From an uncultured delta proteobacterium (GTDB taxonomy: Bacteria; Myxococcota_A; Polyangia; Fen-1088), in contig CAWCMR010000008.1 of assembly GCA_963796685.1 (NCBI GenBank), positions 32,001-96,000 of the forward strand: a DNA stretch of 64,000 nucleotides. Reading direction: 5' to 3'. The notes below the pieces were generated by a model that was not told the origin of the DNA, ran no database searches, and saw nothing but the letters and a program-made list of their open reading frames with translations. The position numbers were made by a program, and so were the translations under genes. The stretch's first letter is position 1. Each line of letters starts with the position of its first letter. Shown piece after piece: positions 49,700-59,723 of the stretch.

Positions 49700-51124
49700 T
49701 TAGGAGCCGATCTTCAAATTGGCGATCTGCGTGAGGTAGCTACCAGCGCTGGTAAACCCGCTGATGAGCTGCTCCATCGCGGTGAACTGAGCCACCAGCC
49801 TTGTTCGCTCCATGTCCAGGTTACTTTGCATTTCCGTGGCCTGGGTGTCCATTTCGGAGATATTCGATTGAAGCGAATTCTGCTGAGAGACGAGAGCGCC
49901 AGTGACCGAGTTGGTTTGGCTGTTGACCAGGGACTTGACGATGTCCCCTATGCCGGTCGTGGTGGTGGAAAAGACCCCGTTCACGGCGCCGGGATTCGAT
50001 GAAATCGCGTTATCAAGCGTGGCAGCATTCAACGTAATCGAACCGTCTTGCTGCAACTCCAGTCCGAGATCTGCCAGGATTCGCACCGGGCCACTGGGAA
50101 CCACCATCTGCGACAGCATGCGCTGCATCGCACTCTGGATCGTCGTCATGGACGAGTGATCGAGAAGCGTGGCGCCATACGCGACGGTTGGATCCGTCAC
50201 GAGCTGGCTGCGCACCGTTGCCGAAAGAGTGTTGTACGCGTCTACGAAGGTACTGAGAGCAGCCTCGGTATTGCTGCTATTCGCGGCGAAGGTCACGTTG
50301 TTGTCTGTACCGGAGTTGCCCGTCAGGTGTAAGGTCGCGCCTGAAACGACATCGGTGATCGCGTTGCTTGCCCGTTCTACTTGCAGACCATCGACGGTCA
50401 GCTGTGCATTCTGCGCGCTCTGCTGCAGCGCCAATCCCAGCCCTGGATCGCTGACCACGGTCAGGGCCGCATCGGCGGTGGTCGAGTATCCCGTGTCCTT
50501 GCGTGCCACGTTCAGATAATAGCCCGTCGTAGTGGAAATCACCGAGGCGTTGAGCCCGGAGATATTCTGATTGATGGCCTCGGCGACGTCAGCCAGAGTC
50601 TTTCCCGTCGTGTCGATAGCGACCGTGCTCTGCCCATCAATGCTGAACACCAGGTTTCCATCAGGGACCACGGAGTCGTCTTGTGCCGAGGTGAAGCTGC
50701 TCGAGCGCATCTTGGCCTCTTGAGCAACCTGTTGGACGCTGATGGTGTAGCTGCCCTCGGACTTGGCCGAGCCCGTCACGGTGAAGTCGCTGTAGGTCGA
50801 AGTCGGCTGAATCGCGACCACGCCGTTGGTCGAGAGGTTTGACGCGGCGGTTTGCAATCCCTGGAGCTGGGTTACGAGAGTGCCCAGCGTCGAAATCTGA
50901 ACATTGTAGTCGGTCTGCTTCTGCCTGAGCTGGTTCAGTGGGGCGGAATCCGCGGCGATGAGGTTGTTCACTATCGAGTTCGTATCGAGCCCCGATGCGA
51001 TGCCGCTGGCTTGAAACAGCGCCGACGTCAAGGACGAGGTCGGCGTCAATCCCGCCGTTGAAGTCGTTGTCGCCGTTGCGCTCGTTGTGCCTGTCGACCC
51101 AACCGACGAGATTGAACTTGCCAT
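49700..51124 (-). CDS. fliD: Flagellar filament cap protein FliD
   Basis: SGIASGLDTNSIVNNL, AQNAQLTVDG..RASNAITD, FVDAYN, RLVAQFTAMEQ. Confidence 0.93.
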   Translation of the reverse strand: MASSISSVGSTGTTSATATTTSTAGLTPTSSLTSALFQASGIASGLDTNSIVNNLIAADSAPLNQLRQKQTDYNVQISTLGTLVTQLQGLQTAASNLSTNGVVAIQPTSTYSDFTVTGSAKSEGSYTISVQQVAQEAKMRSSSFTSAQDDSVVPDGNLVFSIDGQSTVAIDTTGKTLADVAEAINQNISGLNASVISTTTGYYLNVARKDTGYSTTADAALTVVSDPGLGLALQQSAQNAQLTVDGLQVERASNAITDVVSGATLHLTGNSGTDNNVTFAANSSNTEAALSTFVDAYNTLSATVRSQLVTDPTVAYGATLLDHSSMTTIQSAMQRMLSQMVVPSGPVRILADLGLELQQDGSITLNAATLDNAISSNPGAVNGVFSTTTTGIGDIVKSLVNSQTNSVTGALVSQQNSLQSNISEMDTQATEMQSNLDMERTRLVAQFTAMEQLISGFTSAGSYLTQIANLKIGS

Positions 51125-51144
51125 CGAGGAATACCTCCGACCCT

Positions 51145-51171
51145 ATATCGACCCGTTTTCGAACGCCCTTA
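51145..51171 (-). promoter_or_regulatory. sigma28-type promoter for fliD
   Basis: Minus strand TAAG-N15-GTCGATAT, followed by RBS GGAGG. Confidence 0.72.
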
Positions 51172-51462
51172 AGGCCTCCCGCTGTAGCGACGGTAGACCA
51201 ACGACTTTCTTGTCGCGGCGAGACGCTGCAAGGACCCAAGCACCTTCTGCCGCATGATCCCCTCCATCTCACCGCACCGTCCAAGGAGACGGCCGGCTTC
51301 GGCAAACTCCTCCGTGGTCATTTCCAACGGAAGGGAAGGAAGCAGCCCCTTCATCTCGACCGCCAACGCGGCTGCCTCGATCACTTCCCCCGTTTCCATC
51401 AGCTTGGCGATCTTTTGCAAGCACTCGCACAAGCTGTTGGTCGCCGGCTTGGCCATGGTCAC
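51169..51462 (-). CDS. Small helical hypothetical protein, FliT-like by position
   Basis: Overlaps the fliS stop; 97 aa, helical; lies between fliS and fliD. Confidence 0.55.
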   Translation of the reverse strand: MTMAKPATNSLCECLQKIAKLMETGEVIEAAALAVEMKGLLPSLPLEMTTEEFAEAGRLLGRCGEMEGIMRQKVLGSLQRLAATRKSLVYRRYSGRP

Positions 51463-51854
51463 CTGGCGGCGCTCGCATGAGCGTCCGAAGAGGCCATGGA
51501 TGCCGCTTCAACGAAGGCCTCCGCGATGGGGGCAAAGACTTGCTCCGCTTCCACCACATGACGGGAGGAAAACTTGGTTCCAGCTATACCCAATCGACAG
51601 GCGACGAAGGTGTAGAGGTCATTCAGACGTGCACACAGCTCCGGAGCGACCTCTGTCCGCAGCGTGCCTTGCAGGCCCAAAACGATGCTCGCCGCCTTCT
51701 CAGCCATCACACTCCCCGTTTGATTGTCACCACGCTCGAAGGCTCCCACCGAGGAATGCATGTTGCGCAACGCTGCCTGAAAGAGCGAGACCATGATCTG
51801 GGGCCCCGAAGAGGTCGCAACGTTGGCCCTGGTATATGCTGCAAGCGGACTCAT
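51459..51854 (-). CDS. fliS: Flagellin chaperone FliS
   Basis: AYTRANVATSSGPQIMVSLF, KAASIVLGLQGTL, LNDLYTF; RBS AAGGAG. Confidence 0.9.
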   Translation of the reverse strand: MSPLAAYTRANVATSSGPQIMVSLFQAALRNMHSSVGAFERGDNQTGSVMAEKAASIVLGLQGTLRTEVAPELCARLNDLYTFVACRLGIAGTKFSSRHVVEAEQVFAPIAEAFVEAASMASSDAHASAAR

Positions 51855-51910
51855 GACGACTGCTCCTTTTGTCCTTCGCTAACGCCAGATTTCTCTTTCT
51901 AAGCTCGGCC

Positions 51911-51952
51911 GCCCCGGGGCTATCCGCCCCGGAGCGACTTTGCACGAAGTCG
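51911..51952 (-). terminator. GC-rich hairpins downstream of flagellin (terminator or mRNA stabiliser)
   Basis: ccggggc-tatcc-gccccgg and cgactt-tgcacg-aagtcg; no clear U tract. Confidence 0.35.
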
Positions 51953-51988
51953 AGTCTCTGATGGCGCCCTACCTACTGTCTTCGACTA

Positions 51989-53251
51989 TTAGCCGAGGAG
52001 CTTGAGAGCCAGCTGGGGCAGTTGGTTCGCCTGCGCGAGGACCGACACACCGGCCTGTTCCAGCACCTGGTTCTTCGCCATGTTCGAGGATTCGGTTGCC
52101 ACGTCGACATCGCGGATGCGGCTGTTGGAGGCGGACAGGTTCTCCGAGGTGGTGCCGAGGTTGGCGATGGTGTGCTGCAGACGGTTCTGCGCGGCACCGA
52201 GGGTCGCTCGGCTGCTCGAGATGGAACCGAGCGCGGTGTCCAGCGCGGTGATCAGGCTGGAGGCATTGTCGCGCGTCGCGCCACCCGAGGTGGCGAAGGT
52301 GTTCAACGTCGCGGCCAACGTGTCGAGAGCGGTCACACCCGTTCCCCCGGCCAGGCTGGTGTTCACGAAGGCCACCGCCGTCTCGTCCCCCTGCATCGAA
52401 CCCGTCTGGAGCGTGGCGACTCCACTGCCGGTCGTCGTGTCGATGGAAGCCGTTGCACCCGTGATGCCCCCTGCGATGTTGTCCGCCGTCTCGCCCGCAC
52501 TCGACGTCAAGGTAATGCTGACACCCAGATTGGTGAAAGCGAGGGTCTCCGCTCCACCCGCGGTCATATCGGAGATATTGATGGTCTGCGTGACGTTGCT
52601 CGTGTGCCCTGCCTGGTCGGTGATGACGAGAGGGGTCCCGGCGGTGTCGACCATCGTAAGCGTCGCCTGTGCCGGAACCGTGCCTGCGGCAGCGGCTGCA
52701 GTCAGGTTGAATCCCTTGGCAGCCTGGGCACCATCCACGCTGATGCTGCCGACGCTCGCGGCACCAAAGGCAGCCGCCGTCGCCAGCTCCGTCAACCCAC
52801 CGTAGGAGGTCGTTCCCTGTTGTTTCACCAACGAGCCGCTCAGCAGCGATTGGCCGTTGAACTTCGTGCGCATCGAGATGCTGTTGATCTCCTGGCCCAG
52901 CTGCCCGAGCTCGAGGTTGATGTTGTCGCGCTCGGTCTGGCTGTTGGTGTCTGACGAAGCCTGAACCGCCAGGTCACGCATACGTTGCATCATCGACTGC
53001 ACCTCGTCCAGGGCGCCTTCCGCCGTCTGAATCATCGAGATGCCGTCTTGCGAGTTTCTCGAGGCCTGGTTGAGACCGCCGATTTGCGCCTTCAACTTCT
53101 CGCTGACCGCCAGACCGGCGGCGTCGTCCGCGGCGCGGTTGATCCGGAAACCGGACGACAGCCGCTCCATGGCGGTACCAAGAGCATCGCTCGTGGCCCC
53201 GAGGTGTCTCTGAGCACTGATTGCACTTACGTTTGTTTGTACTGAAAGCAT
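51989..53251 (-). CDS. fliC: Flagellin
   Basis: ERLSSGFRINRAADDAAGLA, QTAEGAL, RATLGAAQNRL, SRIRDVDVA, LAQANQLPQLALKLL. Confidence 0.97.
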   Translation of the reverse strand: MLSVQTNVSAISAQRHLGATSDALGTAMERLSSGFRINRAADDAAGLAVSEKLKAQIGGLNQASRNSQDGISMIQTAEGALDEVQSMMQRMRDLAVQASSDTNSQTERDNINLELGQLGQEINSISMRTKFNGQSLLSGSLVKQQGTTSYGGLTELATAAAFGAASVGSISVDGAQAAKGFNLTAAAAAGTVPAQATLTMVDTAGTPLVITDQAGHTSNVTQTINISDMTAGGAETLAFTNLGVSITLTSSAGETADNIAGGITGATASIDTTTGSGVATLQTGSMQGDETAVAFVNTSLAGGTGVTALDTLAATLNTFATSGGATRDNASSLITALDTALGSISSSRATLGAAQNRLQHTIANLGTTSENLSASNSRIRDVDVATESSNMAKNQVLEQAGVSVLAQANQLPQLALKLLG

Positions 53252-53319
53252 GACCCAACTCCTTTGTTTCTTTTCGTCTGAGGGGCGCCTTGCCCGTCTT
53301 CACCTGGAGCTACGGCACG

Positions 53320-53346
53320 TTATGGGACCGTCGATAAGGACCTCGA
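53320..53346 (-). promoter_or_regulatory. Weak sigma28-type promoter candidate for flagellin
   Basis: Minus strand TCGA-N15-TCCCATAA; degenerate. Confidence 0.35.
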
Positions 53347-53455
53347 AGCGCTTTCCTCTCGCAATCAGGTAGGGTCCAACACAAGACGGATGAAGAAGCG
53401 CGCGCGAGCACACGAACGCCAGAAGGGCGTCGCGTGCAAGCGCTGGTAGTCCCGA

Positions 53456-54340
53456 CTACGGCAGCTTATCCGCCAGCGACATGCCCAGCGTTTTCGCCGA
53501 GGCAGTCAAGGTGGCGTTCAGGGCATACTGGGCCGACGCCAATCGGGTCGAGGCATCCAGGATGTCGGCGTCGAGCAATTTACCGATCTTGACGGTTTCA
53601 TCGGATGCGGCAGTCTGCGCGGTGGTCACGGCGGTTTGGAATGCGTCCTGGGCCATGCCGGCCTGGGTGCGCCCTGCCGCCAGTTGGCTGACGACAGCAT
53701 TCACGTTATCCAGGCCGGTTCGAACGCCGGCACCGTCATTGGCCTGCAAAGCCTTGGAAAGATCCGACAGGGTTTGGAGCAAATCAACTCCGCCATTGGC
53801 GCCCTTGACAATAGCGTTGGCGTCGATGGATGCCGACTGGTACAGGCCCGGGGCAACCTCAACCGTTCGTACATTGTCGTCACCCATGTACGCCCCGGTT
53901 GGGTCGAAGGGCGCCGTACTATCCTTGAAACCGCCAAAAATGTACCTTCCACCGTACGTGGTGTTGAGTAGAGAGATGGCCTCTTTGAACAGTCCGTCCA
54001 CCTCGACACTGGCCGATGCGCGATCCGTCGCACCGTAGGAATCGTTACCGAATTGCGTGGCAATGACCTGCGCGCGATCCGCCACGGTCGTAATCCCGTC
54101 CAAAGCGTTGTCCGCGGCGGTCAGCTCGTCGACCGCTTTCTGAGCCGAATCTCCCACCGCGGCGAAGCGTGCCTTGTCTACCGTGTGGCCTACGGAAAGG
54201 GCCGCCGCCACCGGATCGTCACCTGGGTGCTGGACGCGCGTACCACTGGCCACCTCGTTCTGCGCCTGATCGAGGCTCTCCCGCGAACGTTGGGTTTGAG
54301 CGATGCTGCTCTCGAAAATCATCTTTTCGGTCACTCGCAT
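53456..54340 (-). CDS. flgL: Hook-associated protein FlgL
   Basis: MRVT, VASGTRVQHPGDDP, NTTYGGRYIFGGFK..APF, LGMSLAD. Confidence 0.92.
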   Translation of the reverse strand: MRVTEKMIFESSIAQTQRSRESLDQAQNEVASGTRVQHPGDDPVAAALSVGHTVDKARFAAVGDSAQKAVDELTAADNALDGITTVADRAQVIATQFGNDSYGATDRASASVEVDGLFKEAISLLNTTYGGRYIFGGFKDSTAPFDPTGAYMGDDNVRTVEVAPGLYQSASIDANAIVKGANGGVDLLQTLSDLSKALQANDGAGVRTGLDNVNAVVSQLAAGRTQAGMAQDAFQTAVTTAQTAASDETVKIGKLLDADILDASTRLASAQYALNATLTASAKTLGMSLADKLP

Positions 54341-54350
54341 GGACAAGCCC

Positions 54351-55757
54351 CTAGATCATCTTCATCAACGTATCGAGCATGGTATTGGTCGTGGTAATGA
54401 CCTTCGACAGGGCATTATAGGCATTCTGCGCCTGAATGAGGTTCGTCAGCTCGTCGTCCACGGAAACCCCCGACGCGGATTCACGCGCGTTTGTCAAATC
54501 GGCCAACAGATTCTTGTCGAATTCGGAGCTGTCGTTCACGGTCGAGACCGCGATACCAAAATCCGAGGTCAATTTCGCCATTCCATCTTGCGCATTCAGT
54601 CCGGTGGAGAGTTGCGTGCTTTCCGTGCCGATGATCGCCTGCAAATTGGTGGAGTCGCCTGGTCCGCTGTTGGCACTCCCCGCAGCCGCAAGCAAGGACG
54701 GATTGGCATAAGTCGTTGAATCCACCGCGATGTTCGAGGCGGCGCCCGTCGCGCTCGTGAGCGTGGCGAACAGATCGTTGCCGGTGCTTCCATCCAAGGC
54801 ATACCCGGCCTCGTGCTGCGTGTTGACGGTGGTCGCAAAGTCATAGGCCAGCGTATCCAGGCTGGTCTCCGCGCCGCCAAGCACATCATCTCGCGCGTTG
54901 ACCAGACCACCGATTTGCCCGCTCAAGTCGCTCGCTTTCAATGCCGATGGTTGGCTGCCGTCGAGCGGTGTAAAGGTAAGATCGAAGTGTCCACGGTTTG
55001 CCGTATTGGCCTGCGTGCCGAGCTTGGCGGCAACGGCCCCGCTGACCAGCGCGGTACCACCGGGCAGGACCAAGCTGATGTTGGAATGGTCGTCGGGTAC
55101 GGCTTGAGTTCCCAGCATCTGGGCCAATTGATCGATATCATTCTGGCGGACATCGAGCAGGTCATTGGGTGTCCGCCCAGAATTGACCGCGAGCGCGATC
55201 TTCCGGTTCAAATCCGCGACACTTGCCAACAGGCCGTTCGCTTTGTCGGCCAACGCGCTGACGTTTTGGTCTATGCCGCTTCGAGCAGAGCCGAGAGCGT
55301 TCGCCGCGACATTGAAGGATCTGGCCAACGCTTGCACACTGTCGACCACGGCTTGGCGCAAACCCTGATCCCCAGGATTCTGATTGAGGTCGCGCAAAGC
55401 CGAATAGAACTTGCCCAGCGCGTCGGTAACCCCGCCCTGTGCTTGAGGATCGAGCGCCGTGACCGTCGAAAGCGCGTCTGCCTGGGCCGACGTGCTGGAG
55501 CTGTTGGCAAACGCGACGCCGATTTGAGCCTCGATGAACTGGTCTCGATTCTGCACGACCCCCTGAAGAGACACACCACGACCAATGTAGCCGTTGATTC
55601 CGATCTCTTCGGCCGGATTGGTTTCCGTGGCCACTGCATCCTGACGCGCGTACCCTGGGGTGTTTGCGTTGGCAATGTTGTGGCTCGCGGTTGCGACCTG
55701 GGCTTTGAAGACAGCCAGTCCTGCGCCCGCGTTCATGATGACGCCGATGAGATCCAT
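54351..55757 (-). CDS. flgK: Hook-associated protein FlgK
   Basis: HNIANANTPGYARQ, PNDLLDVR, SGVSVDDELTNLIQAQNAYNA. Confidence 0.94.
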   Translation of the reverse strand: MDLIGVIMNAGAGLAVFKAQVATASHNIANANTPGYARQDAVATETNPAEEIGINGYIGRGVSLQGVVQNRDQFIEAQIGVAFANSSSTSAQADALSTVTALDPQAQGGVTDALGKFYSALRDLNQNPGDQGLRQAVVDSVQALARSFNVAANALGSARSGIDQNVSALADKANGLLASVADLNRKIALAVNSGRTPNDLLDVRQNDIDQLAQMLGTQAVPDDHSNISLVLPGGTALVSGAVAAKLGTQANTANRGHFDLTFTPLDGSQPSALKASDLSGQIGGLVNARDDVLGGAETSLDTLAYDFATTVNTQHEAGYALDGSTGNDLFATLTSATGAASNIAVDSTTYANPSLLAAAGSANSGPGDSTNLQAIIGTESTQLSTGLNAQDGMAKLTSDFGIAVSTVNDSSEFDKNLLADLTNARESASGVSVDDELTNLIQAQNAYNALSKVITTTNTMLDTLMKMI

Positions 55758-55760
55758 GGC

Positions 55761-56237
55761 TCAGGCCACCTGCCGCGCGATGGAAGCCGCGCCGTCACTC
55801 CTGACGCTACCGTAGCGGTCGTAGACATCGGCTCGCGGTGACAAGGCCGAGAGGTATCCGCGCACGCACGCCAGGGCCCGTCTCGCAAGGACCTGGTTGA
55901 GAGCATCGATTTCCTGCAGGGCCTGCGCCGACGCCCGCAATTCCGAGAGCGCCTGCGCCACCTTTCTGGCTTCGTGGATTCCCGACGTGTGCAAGACATC
56001 CATCGATACCCGCTCCACGCCGAGCACCTTGGCCGTCTCGTCCAGGGCCGCTCCGAGCTCGTCCTGCATCTGCGCCAACCTCACATTGAGCTCACCTCGC
56101 CGACGGGCTCGCTCGAACAACCCCTGCACGTCGAGCTTGCGCACCAGGACACGCTGTTCGCGGGCCTCGTCGAGCTCGGCCTGGAGCGCTTGGCGCATCC
56201 GGGTCGCAACGTCCAGGGCATGTTCGAGTGGGTCCAT
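55761..56237 (-). CDS. flgN: Flagellar export chaperone FlgN
   Basis: Helical 158 aa between flgM and flgK; LNQVL...YDRYG tail. Confidence 0.78.
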   Translation of the reverse strand: MDPLEHALDVATRMRQALQAELDEAREQRVLVRKLDVQGLFERARRRGELNVRLAQMQDELGAALDETAKVLGVERVSMDVLHTSGIHEARKVAQALSELRASAQALQEIDALNQVLARRALACVRGYLSALSPRADVYDRYGSVRSDGAASIARQVA

Positions 56238-56240
56238 CGG

Positions 56241-56540
56241 CTATCCTCCGAAGATGACTTTCAAGCGGGCATCGACCTCCGCCGCTTGCACGATCTTTTC
56301 TGCCAGTTGCCCGGCGTCGGGTTTGTAACCGCCCTGGCGGATGGCGGCTTCGAGCTCTTGCAACCGCGTGCCGCGGTCCACCCCCAGGCTCGTCTGCACC
56401 GCCTGGACGATGGCCTCGACCTGCTTGGCCCCGTCGAGGCTGACCTTGTCCCCCATCGGGCGTACTGCGGTTTTGTCCCCCGCCGGCTTGGCCGGCGCCG
56501 CGTCCGTTCCTTTTACCGATTGTTTGTCTTCGACCCTCAT
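56241..56540 (-). CDS. flgM: Anti-sigma28 factor FlgM
   Basis: DKVSL...RLQELEAAIRQGGYKPDAGQLAEKI; RBS GGAG before ATG 56540. Confidence 0.88.
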   Translation of the reverse strand: MRVEDKQSVKGTDAAPAKPAGDKTAVRPMGDKVSLDGAKQVEAIVQAVQTSLGVDRGTRLQELEAAIRQGGYKPDAGQLAEKIVQAAEVDARLKVIFGG

Positions 56541-56560
56541 GGCTGTCTCCAATGGTGGTT

Positions 56561-57286
56561 CTATGGTTTCCTGCCAATCAGAACGTCGGCACGTTCTCCC
56601 CACCTATTAAGGGTCGACTTCGGATCTATCGGTTTTCCGTCCTTTCGAACTTCGAAATGCAGGTGGGAGCCGGTGGCGCGCCCGGTATGACCCACGAAAG
56701 CCACCGGCTCTCCGGCCTTGACGCGCTCCCCTTCTTTGACAGCCAGCGCCGAAGCGTGGCCGTAGAGGGTGCTAATCCCCTTGCCATTGTCGATTTCCAC
56801 GGCATTGCCATAGCCACCGCGCCTGCCGACGCGGCGCACGATGCCAGGCGCCGCCGCCAGAATCGGGCTGCCTTCTGCGGCCGCGACATCGACGCCGGTG
56901 TGAAAACGCTGCGTGCCATTGATCGGATCCGTGCGCACGCCAAATCCGCTCGACACCTCGGGCGTCACACGTGTGGCGTCGGCAGATGCGGGCGCGGGCT
57001 GGGTGGAACCCTCGAGCAGACTTTTCCCCGCGATGTTGGTGGCGCTGCCGTCCGTCGCTTCCTGCGCTGCGTTCTTGTCGAACGAGCCCTCCACGAGCTT
57101 CGCGAGCCCGATGCCGCCACCCTGCGCTACCGCATTGGCCAGCGCCTCGCAAAACATCTCGCCGTAGATCTTGCCCCCGGCCTCGCTCATGCCGCGGAAG
57201 GCGCCGCTGTCCTGGATGAGCTGCTTGAGTAGGAGGGATTCCAGGGTTCGCGCCCCATCGGCCGCATCGCGAATCGGCTGCATCAC
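56561..57286 (-). CDS. flgJ: FlgJ rod-binding domain fused to an M23 peptidase
   Basis: N-terminal LESLLLKQL..YGEMF..GGIGLAKL (rod-binding); M23 HTGVD, GYGN, YGH, TGSHLHFEVR; follows flgI. Confidence 0.82.
   Translation of the reverse strand: MMQPIRDAADGARTLESLLLKQLIQDSGAFRGMSEAGGKIYGEMFCEALANAVAQGGGIGLAKLVEGSFDKNAAQEATDGSATNIAGKSLLEGSTQPAPASADATRVTPEVSSGFGVRTDPINGTQRFHTGVDVAAAEGSPILAAAPGIVRRVGRRGGYGNAVEIDNGKGISTLYGHASALAVKEGERVKAGEPVAFVGHTGRATGSHLHFEVRKDGKPIDPKSTLNRWGERADVLIGRKP
56583..56609 (-). promoter_or_regulatory. sigma28-type promoter for flgM
   Basis: Minus strand TAAT-N15-GCCGACGT. Confidence 0.62.
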
Positions 57287-58389
57287 ATCACTTCCAGGTC
57301 GGCGTCGATGGCCCCCGCGGCCTTCATCGCCTCCAAGACGGCAACGAGATCCCGCGGGCCGACACCGATCATGTTCAGCGCCTTGACCAGATCTTCCACC
57401 GTCGTCGTCGCCGGCAGGGCCACCGCACGTCCCGTGGCTTCCCGAGCCTCGATGTTTGCAGTACGGCCCGTCACCGTTCTGCCTCCCTGCGACATGGCAT
57501 TGGGCTGCGATGCGAACGGCGTCTGCTTCACCTGAATGGAGAGTCCACCGTGCGCCACCGCCACGGGCCGAATGCGAACCCCCTCCCCGGCCACGATGGT
57601 GCCCGTTCGTTCGCTGACCACGATACGGGCGCGTTGATCCGGATCGACTTCAAGGGTCTCGATCTTGGCCAGGAGGCCCACCATCTTGCCCTTCCATTCC
57701 GCGGCGGGCCTTATCTCGACCGAGGCAGGATCCAAGGCGTGCGCGGACTCTCCGCCCAACGCCTTGTTGATCGCATCCGAGATGCGTAGAGCGGTCGTAA
57801 AGTCAGGGCGGCGCAGACCGAGCAGAAGCGGCCCCTTCTCGAGGTTCGCCAGTACCGCGCGCTCGATGCTGGCGCCGCTCGGAACGGTCCCCGATGTGGG
57901 CTGGTTCTTCTGCGTCCGCGAACCGGCCGCGCTCACCTCAAATCCGCCGGCCTGCACGGGTCCCTGCGCGATGGCGTAGACTTGTCCGTCTGGACCGGTG
58001 AGAGGGGTCACCAGCAGCACGCCTCCCGCGAGGGAGCGCGCATCGCCCATGGAGCCGACGTTCACGTCGATGCGGGTGCCTGGACGAGAGTAGGAGGGCA
58101 ACCGTGCAGTCACCATCACCGCAGCGGTATTGCGCACCCACACGGACGAGGGATCGATGCGGATGCCCAGACGGCCCAGCATGCCGGCAATGGACTGCGC
58201 GGTGAACGTCACCATCTGGCTGTCGCCGGTGCCGGCCAGGCCGACCACCAACCCGTAGCCGAAGAGTGCGTTGTCGCGCACCCCTTGGACGTCTACCAGC
58301 TCCTTCACGCGAACCGGCGCGGCCACGACCGGCGTAGCGAGGGTTTCGCCCGCAAGCAAGACGACAGTGAGAAGGATGGATGTGCGCAT
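57283..58389 (-). CDS. flgI: P-ring protein FlgI
   Basis: RVKELVDVQGVRDNALFGYGLVVGLAGTGD, DARSLAGGVLLVTPL, LVKALN..MKAAGAI. Confidence 0.95.
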   Translation of the reverse strand: MRTSILLTVVLLAGETLATPVVAAPVRVKELVDVQGVRDNALFGYGLVVGLAGTGDSQMVTFTAQSIAGMLGRLGIRIDPSSVWVRNTAAVMVTARLPSYSRPGTRIDVNVGSMGDARSLAGGVLLVTPLTGPDGQVYAIAQGPVQAGGFEVSAAGSRTQKNQPTSGTVPSGASIERAVLANLEKGPLLLGLRRPDFTTALRISDAINKALGGESAHALDPASVEIRPAAEWKGKMVGLLAKIETLEVDPDQRARIVVSERTGTIVAGEGVRIRPVAVAHGGLSIQVKQTPFASQPNAMSQGGRTVTGRTANIEAREATGRAVALPATTTVEDLVKALNMIGVGPRDLVAVLEAMKAAGAIDADLEVM

Positions 58390-58392
58390 GAC

Positions 58393-59085
58393 TTAGAAGG
58401 GCCAAAGCCAGCCGAGGTAGCGTGAGAGCCACCCCTGCTTTTGGTTGTCGGTGAGATCCCCGCGGCCAACGAACTCGATCTGCGCATCGGCGACGACCGA
58501 GCTCTTGATGCTGTTCTGCTGATCGATATCGATGGGACGCACGACGCCCGAGATGTAGAAGTGGTGCTCTTCGGAGTTCACCAGGATGGCCCGATGTCCC
58601 TCCACGAACAGGTTGCCGTTGGGCAAGACCTTCATCACCACCGCGGGCACGGTGGCCGTGAACGATTCGCTGCGATCCGTGGATCCCTGGCTGGTGAAGC
58701 TTCCCGTGGAGCTACCGCCGATGTTGAGGCCTGAATCGGTCGAGCTGACCTTCAGCTTCTTGAGCAACCCTAGGAAGGCGTCGATCTTGGCCGAGCTGGC
58801 GGAGCTACGGGCAAGGTTGGTGTCGGAAGACCGGCTGGCATTGGCGACCTCCTCGATGTTGATGACGACCAGATCGTTGGCGTGCAGGGCACGCGCATCG
58901 GTGAACAGCATCGAAGCCGGCCGGCCGTCGCGCCACAGACTGCCGGGCGAGGACGGCTCGTCTTCTCCCTTGCCTTCCGTGGGGAGCTTGTACTCGCGAT
59001 GTTTGGGCGTGTACTCGCCGATGTGCGCGGGCCCGCAACCGGCCGCGGCCCCCCAAAACACCACCAGCAACCATCGGCTGGTCAT
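58393..59085 (-). CDS. flgH: L-ring lipoprotein FlgH
   Basis: Lipobox AAGC; LFTDARA, VLPNGNLFVEG, SGVVRPIDI, QKQGWL. Confidence 0.93.
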   Translation of the reverse strand: MTSRWLLVVFWGAAAGCGPAHIGEYTPKHREYKLPTEGKGEDEPSSPGSLWRDGRPASMLFTDARALHANDLVVINIEEVANASRSSDTNLARSSASSAKIDAFLGLLKKLKVSSTDSGLNIGGSSTGSFTSQGSTDRSESFTATVPAVVMKVLPNGNLFVEGHRAILVNSEEHHFYISGVVRPIDIDQQNSIKSSVVADAQIEFVGRGDLTDNQKQGWLSRYLGWLWPF

Positions 59086-59717
59086 CAGGGAACCTCCACA
59101 ATCAGGCGGCCACTATCGTCCATGTGTCCTTCCAGGTGTTTGCCCGAAGACAGAACCGCGCAGGCACGGGTCGGGGCACACGGGATCCGCCGTCCTTGGG
59201 CCTCGATGGCCAGCACGCCGGAAACGACGAGGATTTTGACCGGATCGCCGGCGACCACGGCGCTCTTGCCCACATCGGTCGCATGGATCGTGGTTCCCGA
59301 AGGAAGCCCGCGAACCGCCACGGCACCATCGGGTGGAACGAAAGGCATGCGACCGGGCCTCACCTCTTGCTCGATCATGGCAAACGAAGAAGCAAGCGAT
59401 TCGCCGGCGCGCACGGCACGTGTGGTAACCGCCGTCTCGGCCCAAACCTCGAGATGAACCCAACCCCACCCCGTGCAACCTCGGCCGTAGAACTTGACCG
59501 CCACGCGACCGGATCCCTCGATGGCATGCGAAACACTGGCATTTCGGACACGGCAGTTGGCCGGCGCCGACCAGGTGATCGGAACGATGCGTGCTCCTGG
59601 AACGGCCAGTGCGTGGGTTAGGGACTCGCTCACCTCGCGGGGCAGGATTTCTCGAGTGGCCGGCGCCGCATCCGAGACTGCGAGGAGAGCGAGTAGAAAG
59701 GCAACCATTGAAATCAT
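59085..59717 (-). CDS. flgA: P-ring chaperone FlgA-like protein
   Basis: Signal peptide; SAF-like TRAVRAGESL; VVAGDPVKI; position between flgG and flgH. Confidence 0.72.
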   Translation of the reverse strand: MISMVAFLLALLAVSDAAPATREILPREVSESLTHALAVPGARIVPITWSAPANCRVRNASVSHAIEGSGRVAVKFYGRGCTGWGWVHLEVWAETAVTTRAVRAGESLASSFAMIEQEVRPGRMPFVPPDGAVAVRGLPSGTTIHATDVGKSAVVAGDPVKILVVSGVLAIEAQGRRIPCAPTRACAVLSSGKHLEGHMDDSGRLIVEVP

Positions 59718-59723
59718 TCCTGC

